64,000 bases of DNA from Myxococcota bacterium (GCA_039028615.1 JBCCHT010000019.1:152267-216266); one strand, 5' to 3'. Positions 1 to 9,805 are shown, counted from the stretch's first letter. Made by a program: numbers and translations. The notes: generated from the sequence alone by a model not told the origin.

Positions 1-852
1 GCGGGCATCCCCGCGAAGGTGGCCGGCGTGGACGAGGTCCTGCTGCTCACCCCGCGAGCCACCGACGTCGTCCTCTTGGCGGCCGAGATGGCCGGGATCG
101 ATCGCATCTTCGAGGTCGGTGGGGCCCAAGCCATCGCCGCGGCTGCGCTCGGCACCGACACCATCCCGCGCGTCGACAAGATCGTGGGACCGGGCAACGC
201 CTACGTCACCGCCGCCAAGCGCCAGGTCTTCGGCCTCTGCGACATCGATGGCATCGCCGGGCCCAGCGAGATCCTGGTGGTCGCGGACGACAGCGCCGAC
301 CCGGCCCTGGTCGCAGCCGACCTCATCAGCCAGGCGGAGCACGATCGGCTCGCGTGTGCGGTGCTCGTGACCGACCACCCGCCGCTGGTCGACGCCACCG
401 ATCGGGCCCTGACCGAGCAGCTCGCCGACCTGCCGCGCACCGACATCGCCACCGAAGCGCTCACCGAGCACGGCGCGGCGGTGATCGTGGCCGACCGCGA
501 GGCCATGGCCCGCGCCGCCGACGAGTATGCGCCCGAGCACCTCGAGCTGTTGGTGCGCGAGCCCGATGCGATGGCCGAAGGCCTGCGGGGCGCGGGGGCG
601 ATCTTCGTCGGTCCGTGGACGCCCGAGGCCGCGGGGGACTACACCGCGGGACCCAGCCACGTTTTGCCCACCGCGGGCGCGGCCCGCTTCGGCTCTCCGC
701 TGGGCGTGTGGGACTTCGTCAAGCACACCAGCGTGCTGGCCCTCGACGAGGCCGCGCTGCGGGCCCAAGCCGAGGCCATCGTCACCCTGGCCCGCGCCGA
801 AGGCCTCGAAGGCCACGCCCGCGCCGTCGAGCGCCGACTCGACCGCAAGTGA
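1..852 (+). CDS. hisD: Histidinol dehydrogenase (5' truncated by window edge)
   Basis: Frame open from base 1; motifs [37 protein letters not shown]; followed by hisC. Confidence 0.97.
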   Translation, partial: AGIPAKVAGVDEVLLLTPRATDVVLLAAEMAGIDRIFEVGGAQAIAAAALGTDTIPRVDKIVGPGNAYVTAAKRQVFGLCDIDGIAGPSEILVVADDSADPALVAADLISQAEHDRLACAVLVTDHPPLVDATDRALTEQLADLPRTDIATEALTEHGAAVIVADREAMARAADEYAPEHLELLVREPDAMAEGLRGAGAIFVGPWTPEAAGDYTAGPSHVLPTAGAARFGSPLGVWDFVKHTSVLALDEAALRAQAEAIVTLARAEGLEGHARAVERRLDRK

Positions 853-859
853 GGGGATC

Positions 860-1972
860 ATGAGCGATACCAACGATCTTCCCTGGGCCTCGCACTTGCG
901 CTCCACGCTGGGTGCGCTGTCGATCTACGACGTCGCGCCCGCCGACGCCTCCAAGGCGCGGTTGCACGCCAACGAGTGCCCAGAGCCCTGGCCGGCCGAG
1001 GTCATGGAGGCCGCAGGCCAGCGCCTCGCCGAGCTCGAGCTCGGCCGCTATCCCGACACGTCGGGCCGACGACTGCGGGCCCTGCTCGGCCGGCGCCACG
1101 GCTGCGACCCCGAGCGCGTGGTGCTGGGCAACGGCAGCGACGAGATCATCTTCTTGCTGCTGATGGCCTTGTCCTCGCCCGAGCGCCCAGGGGTCATCGT
1201 GACGCCGGCCCCGACCTTCGTGATGTACGGCCACACCGCGAAGGTCCTCGGCATGGAGCTGCGCGAGGTCCTGCTCACCGAAGACCTCGAGCTGCCCGGA
1301 GCCGAGCTCGACGAGGCCCTCCGCGGCGCGACCATCTGCTTCTTCGCCCGGCCCAACAACCCCACGGGCAACCTGTGGGACGAGGCTCGCATCCGTCGGC
1401 TCATCGCCGATCACCCCGACGTCATCTTCGTGATCGACGAGGCTTACACCGCCTATGCCCCCGAGGGCAGCTCGATGTGGTCGCCGGACGGGCCGAGCAA
1501 CCAAGTCCACATGGGCACCTTGTCCAAGGTGGGCCTGGCCGCGCTACGCCTGGGCTACTGCATCGCCCATCCCGCCCTGGCCCACGCCATGAATACGGTG
1601 CGGCACCCCTACAACGTGTCGCAGACCAGCCTGAGCCTGGCCGAGCTGGTGCTCGATCGCTTCGACGACGCGCAGAAGGCCATGGTGGCTCGAGCGCGCG
1701 ACAATCGGGCCCGGCTCGCCGAGATTCTCGGTCGGATCCCCGGCGCCGAGGTGCTGCCCTCGGCCGCCAACCTCGTGCTCGTGCGCCTGGCCGAAGACGG
1801 CCACGCCCCTGCCCTGCGCGCCTACCTGGCCGAGCACGGCGTGCTGGTCAAAGACGTCAGCGGTCAGCCGCGTCTACAACGATGTCTGCGCGTGAGCGTC
1901 GGGACCGAGCCCGAGCTGCAGCGACTCGCCCGGGCCCTCGACGGTTGGAAGGGCCCCGCGGCGGCGGAGTGA
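860..1972 (+). CDS. hisC: Histidinol-phosphate aminotransferase
   Basis: ATG 860 after GAGGGG; LHANECP, GNGSDE, PNNPTG, DEAY, TLSK (PLP lysine), RLGY; adjacent to hisD. Confidence 0.93.
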   Translation: MSDTNDLPWASHLRSTLGALSIYDVAPADASKARLHANECPEPWPAEVMEAAGQRLAELELGRYPDTSGRRLRALLGRRHGCDPERVVLGNGSDEIIFLLLMALSSPERPGVIVTPAPTFVMYGHTAKVLGMELREVLLTEDLELPGAELDEALRGATICFFARPNNPTGNLWDEARIRRLIADHPDVIFVIDEAYTAYAPEGSSMWSPDGPSNQVHMGTLSKVGLAALRLGYCIAHPALAHAMNTVRHPYNVSQTSLSLAELVLDRFDDAQKAMVARARDNRARLAEILGRIPGAEVLPSAANLVLVRLAEDGHAPALRAYLAEHGVLVKDVSGQPRLQRCLRVSVGTEPELQRLARALDGWKGPAAAE

Positions 1973-1994
1973 TCCGCCGCCCCGCCGTGGGCGC

Positions 1995-2255
1995 TCAGGC
2001 GTCGGTGTCGAGCGAGTCGACCAGCGCGATGTAGGCCTGCTTGGCGTCGTCCTGAGAGGTGCCTTTGCGCTTCTCCCAGGCGTCCCACTTGGCCCGGCCG
2101 CGAATGTTGGTCATGCCGGGGCGCTTGCCCTGCACGTCACCCTCGGAGCCTTGCTTGTACAGGGCGTACAGGTCCAACAGGGTGCCGTTGGGTGGCCGTT
2201 GGTCCAGAAGCTGCACCCGCTCGGCTGCGTACTTGAAGTCGTCGTCGAGGCTCAT
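1995..2255 (-). CDS. Acyl-CoA-binding protein (ACBP family)
   Basis: LDLYALYKQGSEGD, RAKWDAW, AKQAYI signature; ATG 2255. Confidence 0.93.
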   Translation of the reverse strand: MSLDDDFKYAAERVQLLDQRPPNGTLLDLYALYKQGSEGDVQGKRPGMTNIRGRAKWDAWEKRKGTSQDDAKQAYIALVDSLDTDA

Positions 2256-2341
2256 ATCCGAAGGTCCCTTCCCTTGGAGGCAGGTGTACACCGCGGGGCC
2301 GCTCGATTGGAAGAACGATCTCGGTGCGATAAACCTCTCGG

Positions 2342-3409
2342 GTGGACCACAAGAAGGGCTTGCCCCAAGAGCGGGCGGACCAGCTGCTGGTCAACGCGGC
2401 GCAGGGTCCCGGGTGGGCGCTGTGCATCGGCGCGGGGACCTCGCTGCCGATCTTCCCCGACTGGAACCGACTCGTACGCAACCTCATCGCACGCATCCAC
2501 CCCGATCGAGCCGACGAACTCGCCAAGACCCTGAGTGCGGGCTTCGCCCCCGACTCGCTGATCCAGGCGGCGTCGATCTTGAACGAGGGGGGCCCCGAGC
2601 GCTTCGCCGCGCTCCTCACCGACGAGCTGTATCGAGACTTTCTCGATCACTTCGGGGAGGCCGAGCGCCAGCTGGTGGTCACCGCGCTGGCGGCCACGCG
2701 CCCCGGCGATCTCAGCTCCAAGAAGTGGACGCAGTTCTCGGACTTGCTGACCAAGCACTGGGGCGACGCCATGTCGTGCCTGGCCATCGCGCCCGTGATC
2801 AGCCGAGTGCTGGGTACGTCGCTGTCGCCATCGAGCATCCTGTCGTTCAACGCCGAGCCGCTGCTCTTCGCCGCCATCAATGCCCATCAGGCGAGCGCCG
2901 ATCCGGCCGCTCCCCAGCGCATCGACCGGGTGGTCCGCGGCATCTCCAATCGCAACGTGGGGCGCGTCCCCTACGTGTTCTGTCACGGCTTGCTGCCCGT
3001 GCCCGACACCCACGCGTCACCGCTGAGCAGCTCGCCGGACACGCTCGTGTTCTCGGAGTCGGCCTATCTGCAGCTGGCCGCCAACCTTTACTCGTGGCAG
3101 GCCCACGCGTTCCTCGAGACCTGCGCCTCGCGGCGGGTCGTGTTCGTGGGGCTATCGCTCACCGACGCCAACATGCGCCGATGGCTGTCGTGGGTGCACG
3201 ACAGCCGACTCGATGAACTTCGCCGCATCGACAGCCCCGCGAAGAGCTCGACCCAACACTTGTGGTTGAACTGTGCCCCGAACGACCCCGAGCTTCGCAA
3301 GTGGATCGAAGCGAGCGTCGCTCACCTCGGGGTGAGACTGGTGTGGCTGAACGGGTGGGACCAAGTGGGGCTCGTGCTAGCGCGGATGCTCAACCTCCCG
3401 TCGAGCTGA
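2342..3409 (+). CDS. SIR2-like domain protein (possible NADase effector)
   Basis: IGAGTS...FPDW, SFNAE, FCHG, LVFSESAY, VFVGLSLTDANMRRWL, as in SIR2_2-type proteins. Confidence 0.8.
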   Translation: MDHKKGLPQERADQLLVNAAQGPGWALCIGAGTSLPIFPDWNRLVRNLIARIHPDRADELAKTLSAGFAPDSLIQAASILNEGGPERFAALLTDELYRDFLDHFGEAERQLVVTALAATRPGDLSSKKWTQFSDLLTKHWGDAMSCLAIAPVISRVLGTSLSPSSILSFNAEPLLFAAINAHQASADPAAPQRIDRVVRGISNRNVGRVPYVFCHGLLPVPDTHASPLSSSPDTLVFSESAYLQLAANLYSWQAHAFLETCASRRVVFVGLSLTDANMRRWLSWVHDSRLDELRRIDSPAKSSTQHLWLNCAPNDPELRKWIEASVAHLGVRLVWLNGWDQVGLVLARMLNLPSS

Positions 3410-3518
3410 CCGCAGCACCCTCCACAAACGACGATGCGTTCCGGCCATGGACGCAGCTCGCTGACCGTCGATGGACATCGACGAGCACTGAGCCGAGTGC
3501 ATGACCGGAACGCATCGC

Positions 3519-3620
3519 GCGGTGAGTCGTGCTCGGGTCGCGGAGTTGAACCGCTGAGCTTTAGCCCACAGGCCGAAGGCCTGCTGCCCTACCCAGGCTG
3601 CCCTAGCCACGACTCACCGC
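3519..3620 (-). ncRNA. Candidate tRNA-like structured RNA (non-canonical cloverleaf)
   Basis: Perfect 13-bp terminal inverted repeat (3519-3531/3608-3620) enclosing four hairpins in D / anticodon / variable / T order; T-arm GCGG-TTCAACT-CCGC. Confidence 0.55.
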
Positions 3621-4171
3621 CGTGCCGTCGCAAACCGATTCCACCGACCATGCCGGGGGTGTTGCGTATCGAAGGTCGTGATGAATCGGTTCGTTGTTGG
3701 TCTTCACGTTTCCCATGAGGGGATCACTGTGCTTTCTGGTCCAAATGGACCGCTGAGTTCGCAGGTTCCGGGCGTCGCCCGGAGGTCTGTGCAAGTCCAG
3801 TAGATTCATGGTTGGGTTCTTCTAACGGGTTAAGACGTCGGAAATCGTTAATCGGTTCCCTCACATCCGTTTTTTAACCATTGGAAGATCTTCAACAATT
3901 TGCTTGGTCCCCCTGATGCATAGGCAATGGTAACCCCGACATCCGGCCAACCGGATGCATTGAAAGTTCACCCTACAGGGGGCCCAGGGCCCACACAGGT
4001 CAGTTTACGCCCGACGAACTCCTCTTTGCCGTACTCCTCCTCGTTGGCTGGTTGCACAGGATGCACGGCGACCGAGAAATTTTTACATAGCGGTCGCGCT
4101 CGACCTGTCGTTTCAGCCCAATCACCCAAAACGATCGGCGAAGGGCCCATCGCCCCCGCGAGTTCGTTCGA

Positions 4172-5311
4172 TCAACCGGGGTGGAGCAGGCCTTCGCCCA
4201 TGTGGACGAGGTCTTCGAGGGTCGACGGCGGAGGGTCACGGCGTTCGACGACGGCGACGGGAACCTGCGGGTAGCGCTGCCGCAGGTGCTCGAGGATCCG
4301 TTGGCCACGGTCGGCTTGTCGGCGGGCGCCGTCGTAGGCCGACCGCAGAGCACCCATGGCCGCGTCGGCTTCGGCCTCTCCCACGTGGGCGACCACCGTG
4401 GGTCGCACCTGCGCGTCGACGGGAGCCTCGGGCAAGGTGGGCAGCACGCGATTGAGCACGATGCCGTCGACGTTGAGCCCTCGCTCGGCGATGACATCGA
4501 TGAAGCCCTCGGCCTCGCGCGCGGAGAAGTCGGTGGCCGCGGTCGCGAACACGGCCCCGGTCTCCTTGGAGCGCATCAGCGTGGCCACATCGCCCGCCCG
4601 ACGACGGAACTCGCCGAGCACGGCGGAGAACTCCTTGAGGAAGGCCCCCAGCTCGCCGATGAAGGAGCCGCCGCCCATCGACTCGAGGGTCTTGAGCAGC
4701 ACGCCGCCGCCCAGCCCCATGAGCTTGAGGCCGAGGCGTCCGGTCCCGGCGAGGAAGCGCCCGGCCGGGTTGTTGATGAGCTCCTCGATCCGGGAGGGCG
4801 CGTCGATGAAGTCGAGCGCGTTGGCGGTGGGCGGGGTATCGAGCACGATGAGGTCGTAGCGCCCCTCGGCGTGCAGCATGTGGACGCGGGCGGTGGCCGC
4901 AAACTCGAGCGCCCCACCCAGGTGCTGCACCGTCGCCTGGTAGATGGGGTTGGCGAGCATGCGCGCGGCGGCGGCGGTGTCCTTGGAGTAGGCCCGTACG
5001 ATCTCGTCGAACACGCGCTGGGTGTCGAGCATCAGGCAATCGAGCGAGATGCCCCCGGGCGCCTGCACGGGCACGATGCTCCCCGCGGCGCTGCCTTGGG
5101 CCGGATCGAGCCCCAGCGCCTGCGCCAGGCGGCGGGACGGATCGATGGTCAACACGAGCACCCGTCGGCCCCCCGATGCAGCGGCCAGACCGAGCGCCGC
5201 CGCCACCGTGGTCTTCCCCACGCCGCCCGGTCCCATGCACAGCAGGACCCTGCGCTGGGGGGAGATCTGGAGCCGATGCCCGGCGTTGCTCACAGCCGCG
5301 GCTTTTACCAC
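4172..5311 (-). CDS. ArsA/Get3-like anion-transporting ATPase family protein (start uncertain)
   Basis: GPGGVGKTT Walker A, TIDPSRRLAQALG, YDLIVLDTPPT. Confidence 0.9.
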   Translation of the reverse strand: MVKAAAVSNAGHRLQISPQRRVLLCMGPGGVGKTTVAAALGLAAASGGRRVLVLTIDPSRRLAQALGLDPAQGSAAGSIVPVQAPGGISLDCLMLDTQRVFDEIVRAYSKDTAAAARMLANPIYQATVQHLGGALEFAATARVHMLHAEGRYDLIVLDTPPTANALDFIDAPSRIEELINNPAGRFLAGTGRLGLKLMGLGGGVLLKTLESMGGGSFIGELGAFLKEFSAVLGEFRRRAGDVATLMRSKETGAVFATAATDFSAREAEGFIDVIAERGLNVDGIVLNRVLPTLPEAPVDAQVRPTVVAHVGEAEADAAMGALRSAYDGARRQADRGQRILEHLRQRYPQVPVAVVERRDPPPSTLEDLVHMGEGLLHPG

Positions 5312-5351
5312 GAGTCCCGCCCCGGCGAGGGCTCTGGTACGCTCCGCCGCA

Positions 5352-5894
5352 GTGGGGCGCGCACAGCGTTACGAAGTCGTCGTCGAGGGTCATCCCCATG
5401 CGGTCAGCGTGGAGCTGGACAGTGCGGGTCAGCCCGTGCGGGTGCAGGTCGGTGACACGAGCTGCGCAGTCGCGCTCGGAGCCGACGACGCGATCGTGGT
5501 CCGCCCCGACACGGGCGACAGCGCACAGCACGTGGTGCACTTGAGCCCCGGGGGCCGACCGACGCAAGCGATCGTCTCGGGCGACCTGCTCGGGCTCGAG
5601 GTCCGCAGCGCCCAAGAAGCCGCCCTCGAGGCTGCGCTCGCGGCCGCGGGCGGAGGCGCGGGCGGAGGCTCCATCGAGGCGCCCATGCCCGGACGCGTGG
5701 TCCGAATCCTGGTCACCGAAGGTCAGGAGATCGACGCCAACGCGCCGCTGCTGATCGTCGAGGCCATGAAGATGGAAAACGAGGTCCGCAGTCCCATCGC
5801 GGGCATCGTTCGCACCATCGCCGTCGAAGAAGGCCAGGCCGTGGACGCCGGCCAGCTGCTGTGCGAGCTGAGTCAGCCCGAGGCTTCGAGCTGA
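5352..5894 (+). CDS. Biotin carboxyl carrier domain protein
   Basis: APMPGRVV and EAMKMENE biotinylation motif; GTG start 5352 inferred. Confidence 0.9.
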   Translation: MGRAQRYEVVVEGHPHAVSVELDSAGQPVRVQVGDTSCAVALGADDAIVVRPDTGDSAQHVVHLSPGGRPTQAIVSGDLLGLEVRSAQEAALEAALAAAGGGAGGGSIEAPMPGRVVRILVTEGQEIDANAPLLIVEAMKMENEVRSPIAGIVRTIAVEEGQAVDAGQLLCELSQPEASS

Positions 5895-6841
5895 GCCAGT
5901 AGCTGCTCCAGCGCGGGACGGTCGCACACGCCGTCCCAGCACCAGGGCATGGTCAGCAACGATCCCGCCGCGCCTTGGCGCGCCGCGTCTTCGTCGACCC
6001 ACTGCTGCACCACCTCGCGATGACGACGGCTGGTGCGTGCGATGGAAGAGGTCGTGGAGAGCATGCCGGCTACCGCTGCACCGCCCGCGGAGTCGGCCGC
6101 GGGTGCGGACAGCTCGGGTACATCGGGCGGCCACATGCCGTTGACCACGATGGTCTCGATCGCGATGTTCCGGTCGCGGCGCAGCGCCGCCCCCAGCTCG
6201 CCCAGCTCGGTCAGCGGCCAGCGCTCGGGCAAGCCGACCAGCACCGCTTCGGTGGCCTGCGGATCGGTGAGCGTCTCGATCATCAGCCGCGCCTCGCTGG
6301 GCAGGGGCCCGGCCGGGATGGCATCGATGATCGCCTGCGGCACGCCGACGGTGTAGAGCAGGTGCCCGGTCGCGGGCCCGTCGAAGATCACGGTGTCGAA
6401 GGCATCGCCGCGGGCGGCCTCGTGCCACGCCTTGCCGAACACGGCGAAGTCGTCGAGCCCGGGGATCGCCTGAAGCAGACGACGCACGATGCGATTGTCG
6501 AAGACGGCGGCCGACACGCGCTCACTGCGCACGATCATCGCCCCGTACTCGCGTAAACACACACGAGGCACGAGCCGCTGGATGTGCAGCCCGCCGCCGA
6601 CGGCGTGGACCGTGTCGGGCAACGACGGTGCACCGAGCATCCAGCCCAAGCGGTCGTCGTGCCCGGTGGTCGCGACCAACACTCGACGCCCGCGAGCGGC
6701 GAGGGCCAACCCCAGCAAAGCGGCCACCGTGGTCCGACCCACGCCCCCCTTGCCGCTGACCACGATCAGGCGACGCGTCGCGAGACGGTCGAAGGTCGCG
6801 GCGGGTGAGGCCGCCCCGACGGCCCGGCCAGGCGTGGACAT
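5873..6841 (-). CDS. ArsA/Get3-like ATPase family protein (second paralog)
   Basis: SGKGGVGRTT, AIPGLDD, FDGPATGH, LPERWP. Confidence 0.88.
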   Translation of the reverse strand: MSTPGRAVGAASPAATFDRLATRRLIVVSGKGGVGRTTVAALLGLALAARGRRVLVATTGHDDRLGWMLGAPSLPDTVHAVGGGLHIQRLVPRVCLREYGAMIVRSERVSAAVFDNRIVRRLLQAIPGLDDFAVFGKAWHEAARGDAFDTVIFDGPATGHLLYTVGVPQAIIDAIPAGPLPSEARLMIETLTDPQATEAVLVGLPERWPLTELGELGAALRRDRNIAIETIVVNGMWPPDVPELSAPAADSAGGAAVAGMLSTTSSIARTSRRHREVVQQWVDEDAARQGAAGSLLTMPWCWDGVCDRPALEQLLAQLEASG

Positions 6842-6976
6842 GGGCGGGAGCCTGGCATAGGCGCGCGTTCACGCCAACCGCCGAGACGACGGACCGCGCA
6901 CAAAGCGCGGCACGCGAAGGCTCGGGGCCCCTTGCGGCAGGAGCCCGGGCGATACACAAATCACTCCGGCGACGTC

Positions 6977-7747
6977 GTGGCGATCCATATCCATAGCAAG
7001 AGCGAGCTCGAGAAGATGCGTGCATCCGGGCGTCTGGCGGCCCGGGTCCTCGACTTCATCGAGCCCTATGTCAAACCGGGGGTCACCACCGACGAGCTCG
7101 ATCGCCGCTGCGCCGACTTCACGCGCGAGCACGATGCGATCTCCGCCCCGCTGAACTACAAGGGCTTCCCCAAGTCGATCTGCACCTCGATCAACGAGGT
7201 CGTGTGTCACGGGATCCCCAGCTCGCGGACCCTCCAAGAGGGCGACATCATCAACATCGACATCACCACCATCCTCGATGGCTTCCACGGGGATACGTCG
7301 GAGATGTTCGAGGTCGGTGAGGTGAGCGACAAGGCCAAGAAGCTCATCGACACCGCGCGCCGCTCGATGTGGCTGGGCATCAAAGAGGTCGCGGCCGGCA
7401 AGCGCGTCGGCGACATCGGGGCCGCCATCCAGGCCTTCGCCCGCGACGAGCGAGGCTACGGCGTGGTCGAGGCGTTTTGTGGGCACGGCATCGGCCGGGT
7501 CTTCCACACCGCCCCGCAGATCGCCCACACCGGTCGCCGGGGCACGGGCAAGCGCATGAAGGCCGGCATGACCTTCACCATCGAGCCCATGATCAACGAA
7601 GGCACGCACGAGTGCCGCGTCCTCGAAGACGGCTGGACCGCCGTCACCCGCGACGGGGGCCTGTCCGCGCAGACCGAGCACACCATCGCCGTCACCGACA
7701 ACGGCTACGAAGTGCTCACCATGCGTGACAACGCCTTCTCCCTGTAG
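6977..7747 (+). CDS. map: Type I methionine aminopeptidase
   Basis: FPKSICTSINEVVCHGIP, GFHGDTS, GHGIGRVFH, FTIEPMIN, SAQTEHT. Confidence 0.97.
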   Translation: MAIHIHSKSELEKMRASGRLAARVLDFIEPYVKPGVTTDELDRRCADFTREHDAISAPLNYKGFPKSICTSINEVVCHGIPSSRTLQEGDIINIDITTILDGFHGDTSEMFEVGEVSDKAKKLIDTARRSMWLGIKEVAAGKRVGDIGAAIQAFARDERGYGVVEAFCGHGIGRVFHTAPQIAHTGRRGTGKRMKAGMTFTIEPMINEGTHECRVLEDGWTAVTRDGGLSAQTEHTIAVTDNGYEVLTMRDNAFSL

Positions 7748-7807
7748 CCCCTGCGGCGGGTGCCGCGACCCGTGGTGCGCCCCACCCCGACTGGGTAGGA
7801 TTTGCGC

Positions 7808-9805
7808 ATGGTCACCCTGCGCAGCTCCTGCCCGCTCGACTGCCCGGATGCATGCAGCCTGAAGGTCACCGTCGACGGGGGCCGCGTGCTCCGTCTCGAT
7901 GGCGACGAGCGCAACCCGCTGACCCAGGGCTTCATCTGCGCCAAGGTGCGCAACTACGCCGCCCACGTCTCGTGCCCGGAGCGCTTGCACTCCCCGCTGG
8001 TCCGCACCGGGGCCAAGGGCGCGGGTGAGTTTCGCGAGGCGAGCTGGGACGAAGCCCTCGACCGCATCGCAGACGCGATGCGGCAGGCCCGAGACACGCA
8101 CGGCGGCGAGTCGATCCTCCCGGTCTGCTACGGCGGCAGCAACGGCCTGCTCACCCAAGACGCGACCGATGCCCGGCTCTTCCATCGCCTGGGCGCGAGC
8201 AACCTGGCCAAGACCGTCTGCGCGGCGCCCTCGAGCGCGGCCTATGCCGGCCTGTACTCGCGCATGCCGGGCGTGGCCCTGACCGCCTATCGACACGCGA
8301 AGCTGATCGTCCTGTGGGGGGTCAACCCGTCGGCCACGGGCATTCACCTCGTGCCCATCGTGCGCAAGGCCCAAGCGGCGGGGGCCAAGCTGGTGGTCGT
8401 CGACCCGCGCCAGACTCCGCTGGCCAAGCAGGCGGACCTGCACCTCGCCGTCCGTCCCGGCACCGATCTCGTGGTCGCGCTGGGCGTCATCGACTGGCTG
8501 TTCACCCACGGCCACGCCGACGAACAGGGGCTGGCCATGCACGCGCGCGGGGTGGAGACGCTGCGCAAGCGAGCGGCGGCGTGGCCCCTGGCCAAAGCCG
8601 CGGTAGAGGCCGGCGTCGAGCTCCCGCGGCTCGAGCGCTTCGCGAAGATGTACGCCGAGACTCGCCCGGCCGTCATTCGCTGCGGCTGGGGACCCGAGCG
8701 TAATCGCAACGGCGGCTCGGCGACGGCGGCCATCATCGCGTTGCCCGCGGTGGCCGGTCACTTCGGCGTGCTGGGCGGAGGCTTCACCACGAGCAACTCG
8801 TCGACGATCCAACTCGACGGAGACCTGGCCGCAGCCGCGCCCGCGCCCAAGACCCGCACCATCAACCTCAACCAGGTGGGCCGGGCCTTGCTCGAGGCCC
8901 AGCCTCCGATCAAGGTCGCGTTCTCGTACAACTGCAACCCGCTGGCCACGCTGCCCGACCAAGAGCGCATGCGTCGGGGCCTGCTCCGCGACGACCTGTT
9001 CACCGTCGTGTTCGATCAGGTCATGACCGACACCGCCCTGTATGCCGACGTGGTGTTGCCCGCGACCACCTTCCTCGAGCACCACGAGCTCGCGCGCTCC
9101 TACGGGGCGATGGTCGTGCACCGCAGCGCGCCCGTGCTGGAACCGCAGGGTCAGGCGCGGCCGAACTGGCAGGTGTTCGAGGCGCTGTGCGACCGGCTCG
9201 ATCTCAGCCGCCCCGACGATCCCCGCGGACCCGAGGCGATGGCCGCTGCGATCATGAACGGCAGCCCCGATGGCCCCGCGGTGGCGGGTGCCCTCGACCG
9301 CGACGGTGTGGTCACCCCGCCGGTCGGACCCGAGCCGATTCAGCTCGGTAATGTGTGGCCCCGAACCCCCGATCGCAAGATCGACCTGTGCCCGGCCGCG
9401 CTCGATGCCGAAGCCCCCGCCGGTCTGTATGCCTACCAAGGCGATCCCGCGACCTCGCAGTACCCCCTGGCCCTCATCTCCCCCGCCGTGCGCCAGACGG
9501 TGAGCTCGACCTTCGCTCAGCTCCTGCGCGACCCGGCAACCTTGTTGCTGCACCCGCAAGACGCGTCCGCTCGCGGAATCGCGGACGGGGACGATGTTCG
9601 GGTGTTCAACCCGCTGGGCGAGGTCCACTGCCGTGCCCGCTCCAGCACCGATCTGCGACCCGGCGTGGCGATGCTGCCCAAGGGGCTGTGGGCTCGCCAC
9701 ACGCATAACGGCGCGACCGCCAACGCGCTCGCCCCCGACACCCTGGCCGACCTCGGCGGAGGCGCCACGTTCAACGACGCCCGGGTGCAAGTCGCCCGAG
9801 CCTGA
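7808..9805 (+). CDS. Molybdopterin-dependent oxidoreductase (DMSO reductase superfamily)
   Basis: N-terminal CPLDCPDAC...C Fe-S motif, VVVDPR, RPGTD, ADVVLPATTFLE, C-terminal dinucleotide-binding domain. Confidence 0.92.
   Translation: MVTLRSSCPLDCPDACSLKVTVDGGRVLRLDGDERNPLTQGFICAKVRNYAAHVSCPERLHSPLVRTGAKGAGEFREASWDEALDRIADAMRQARDTHGGESILPVCYGGSNGLLTQDATDARLFHRLGASNLAKTVCAAPSSAAYAGLYSRMPGVALTAYRHAKLIVLWGVNPSATGIHLVPIVRKAQAAGAKLVVVDPRQTPLAKQADLHLAVRPGTDLVVALGVIDWLFTHGHADEQGLAMHARGVETLRKRAAAWPLAKAAVEAGVELPRLERFAKMYAETRPAVIRCGWGPERNRNGGSATAAIIALPAVAGHFGVLGGGFTTSNSSTIQLDGDLAAAAPAPKTRTINLNQVGRALLEAQPPIKVAFSYNCNPLATLPDQERMRRGLLRDDLFTVVFDQVMTDTALYADVVLPATTFLEHHELARSYGAMVVHRSAPVLEPQGQARPNWQVFEALCDRLDLSRPDDPRGPEAMAAAIMNGSPDGPAVAGALDRDGVVTPPVGPEPIQLGNVWPRTPDRKIDLCPAALDAEAPAGLYAYQGDPATSQYPLALISPAVRQTVSSTFAQLLRDPATLLLHPQDASARGIADGDDVRVFNPLGEVHCRARSSTDLRPGVAMLPKGLWARHTHNGATANALAPDTLADLGGGATFNDARVQVARA

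Noticed and set aside
3519..3620. Calling the element a canonical tRNA (Glu-TTC or selC), SRP RNA or retron msr-msd
   Set aside because: No CCA, no proper acceptor stem, no U33 or TCA anticodon; the SRP CAGG-GNRA-AGCAG motif is absent; there is no reverse transcriptase in the window.
3780..3960. Possible oriC, dif or parS in the AT-enriched stretch
   Set aside because: No DnaA boxes and no dif or parS consensus found by eye.
7808..9805. Molybdoenzyme as a selenocysteine-containing formate dehydrogenase
   Set aside because: No in-frame TGA; the frame is uninterrupted and lacks formate dehydrogenase-specific motifs.
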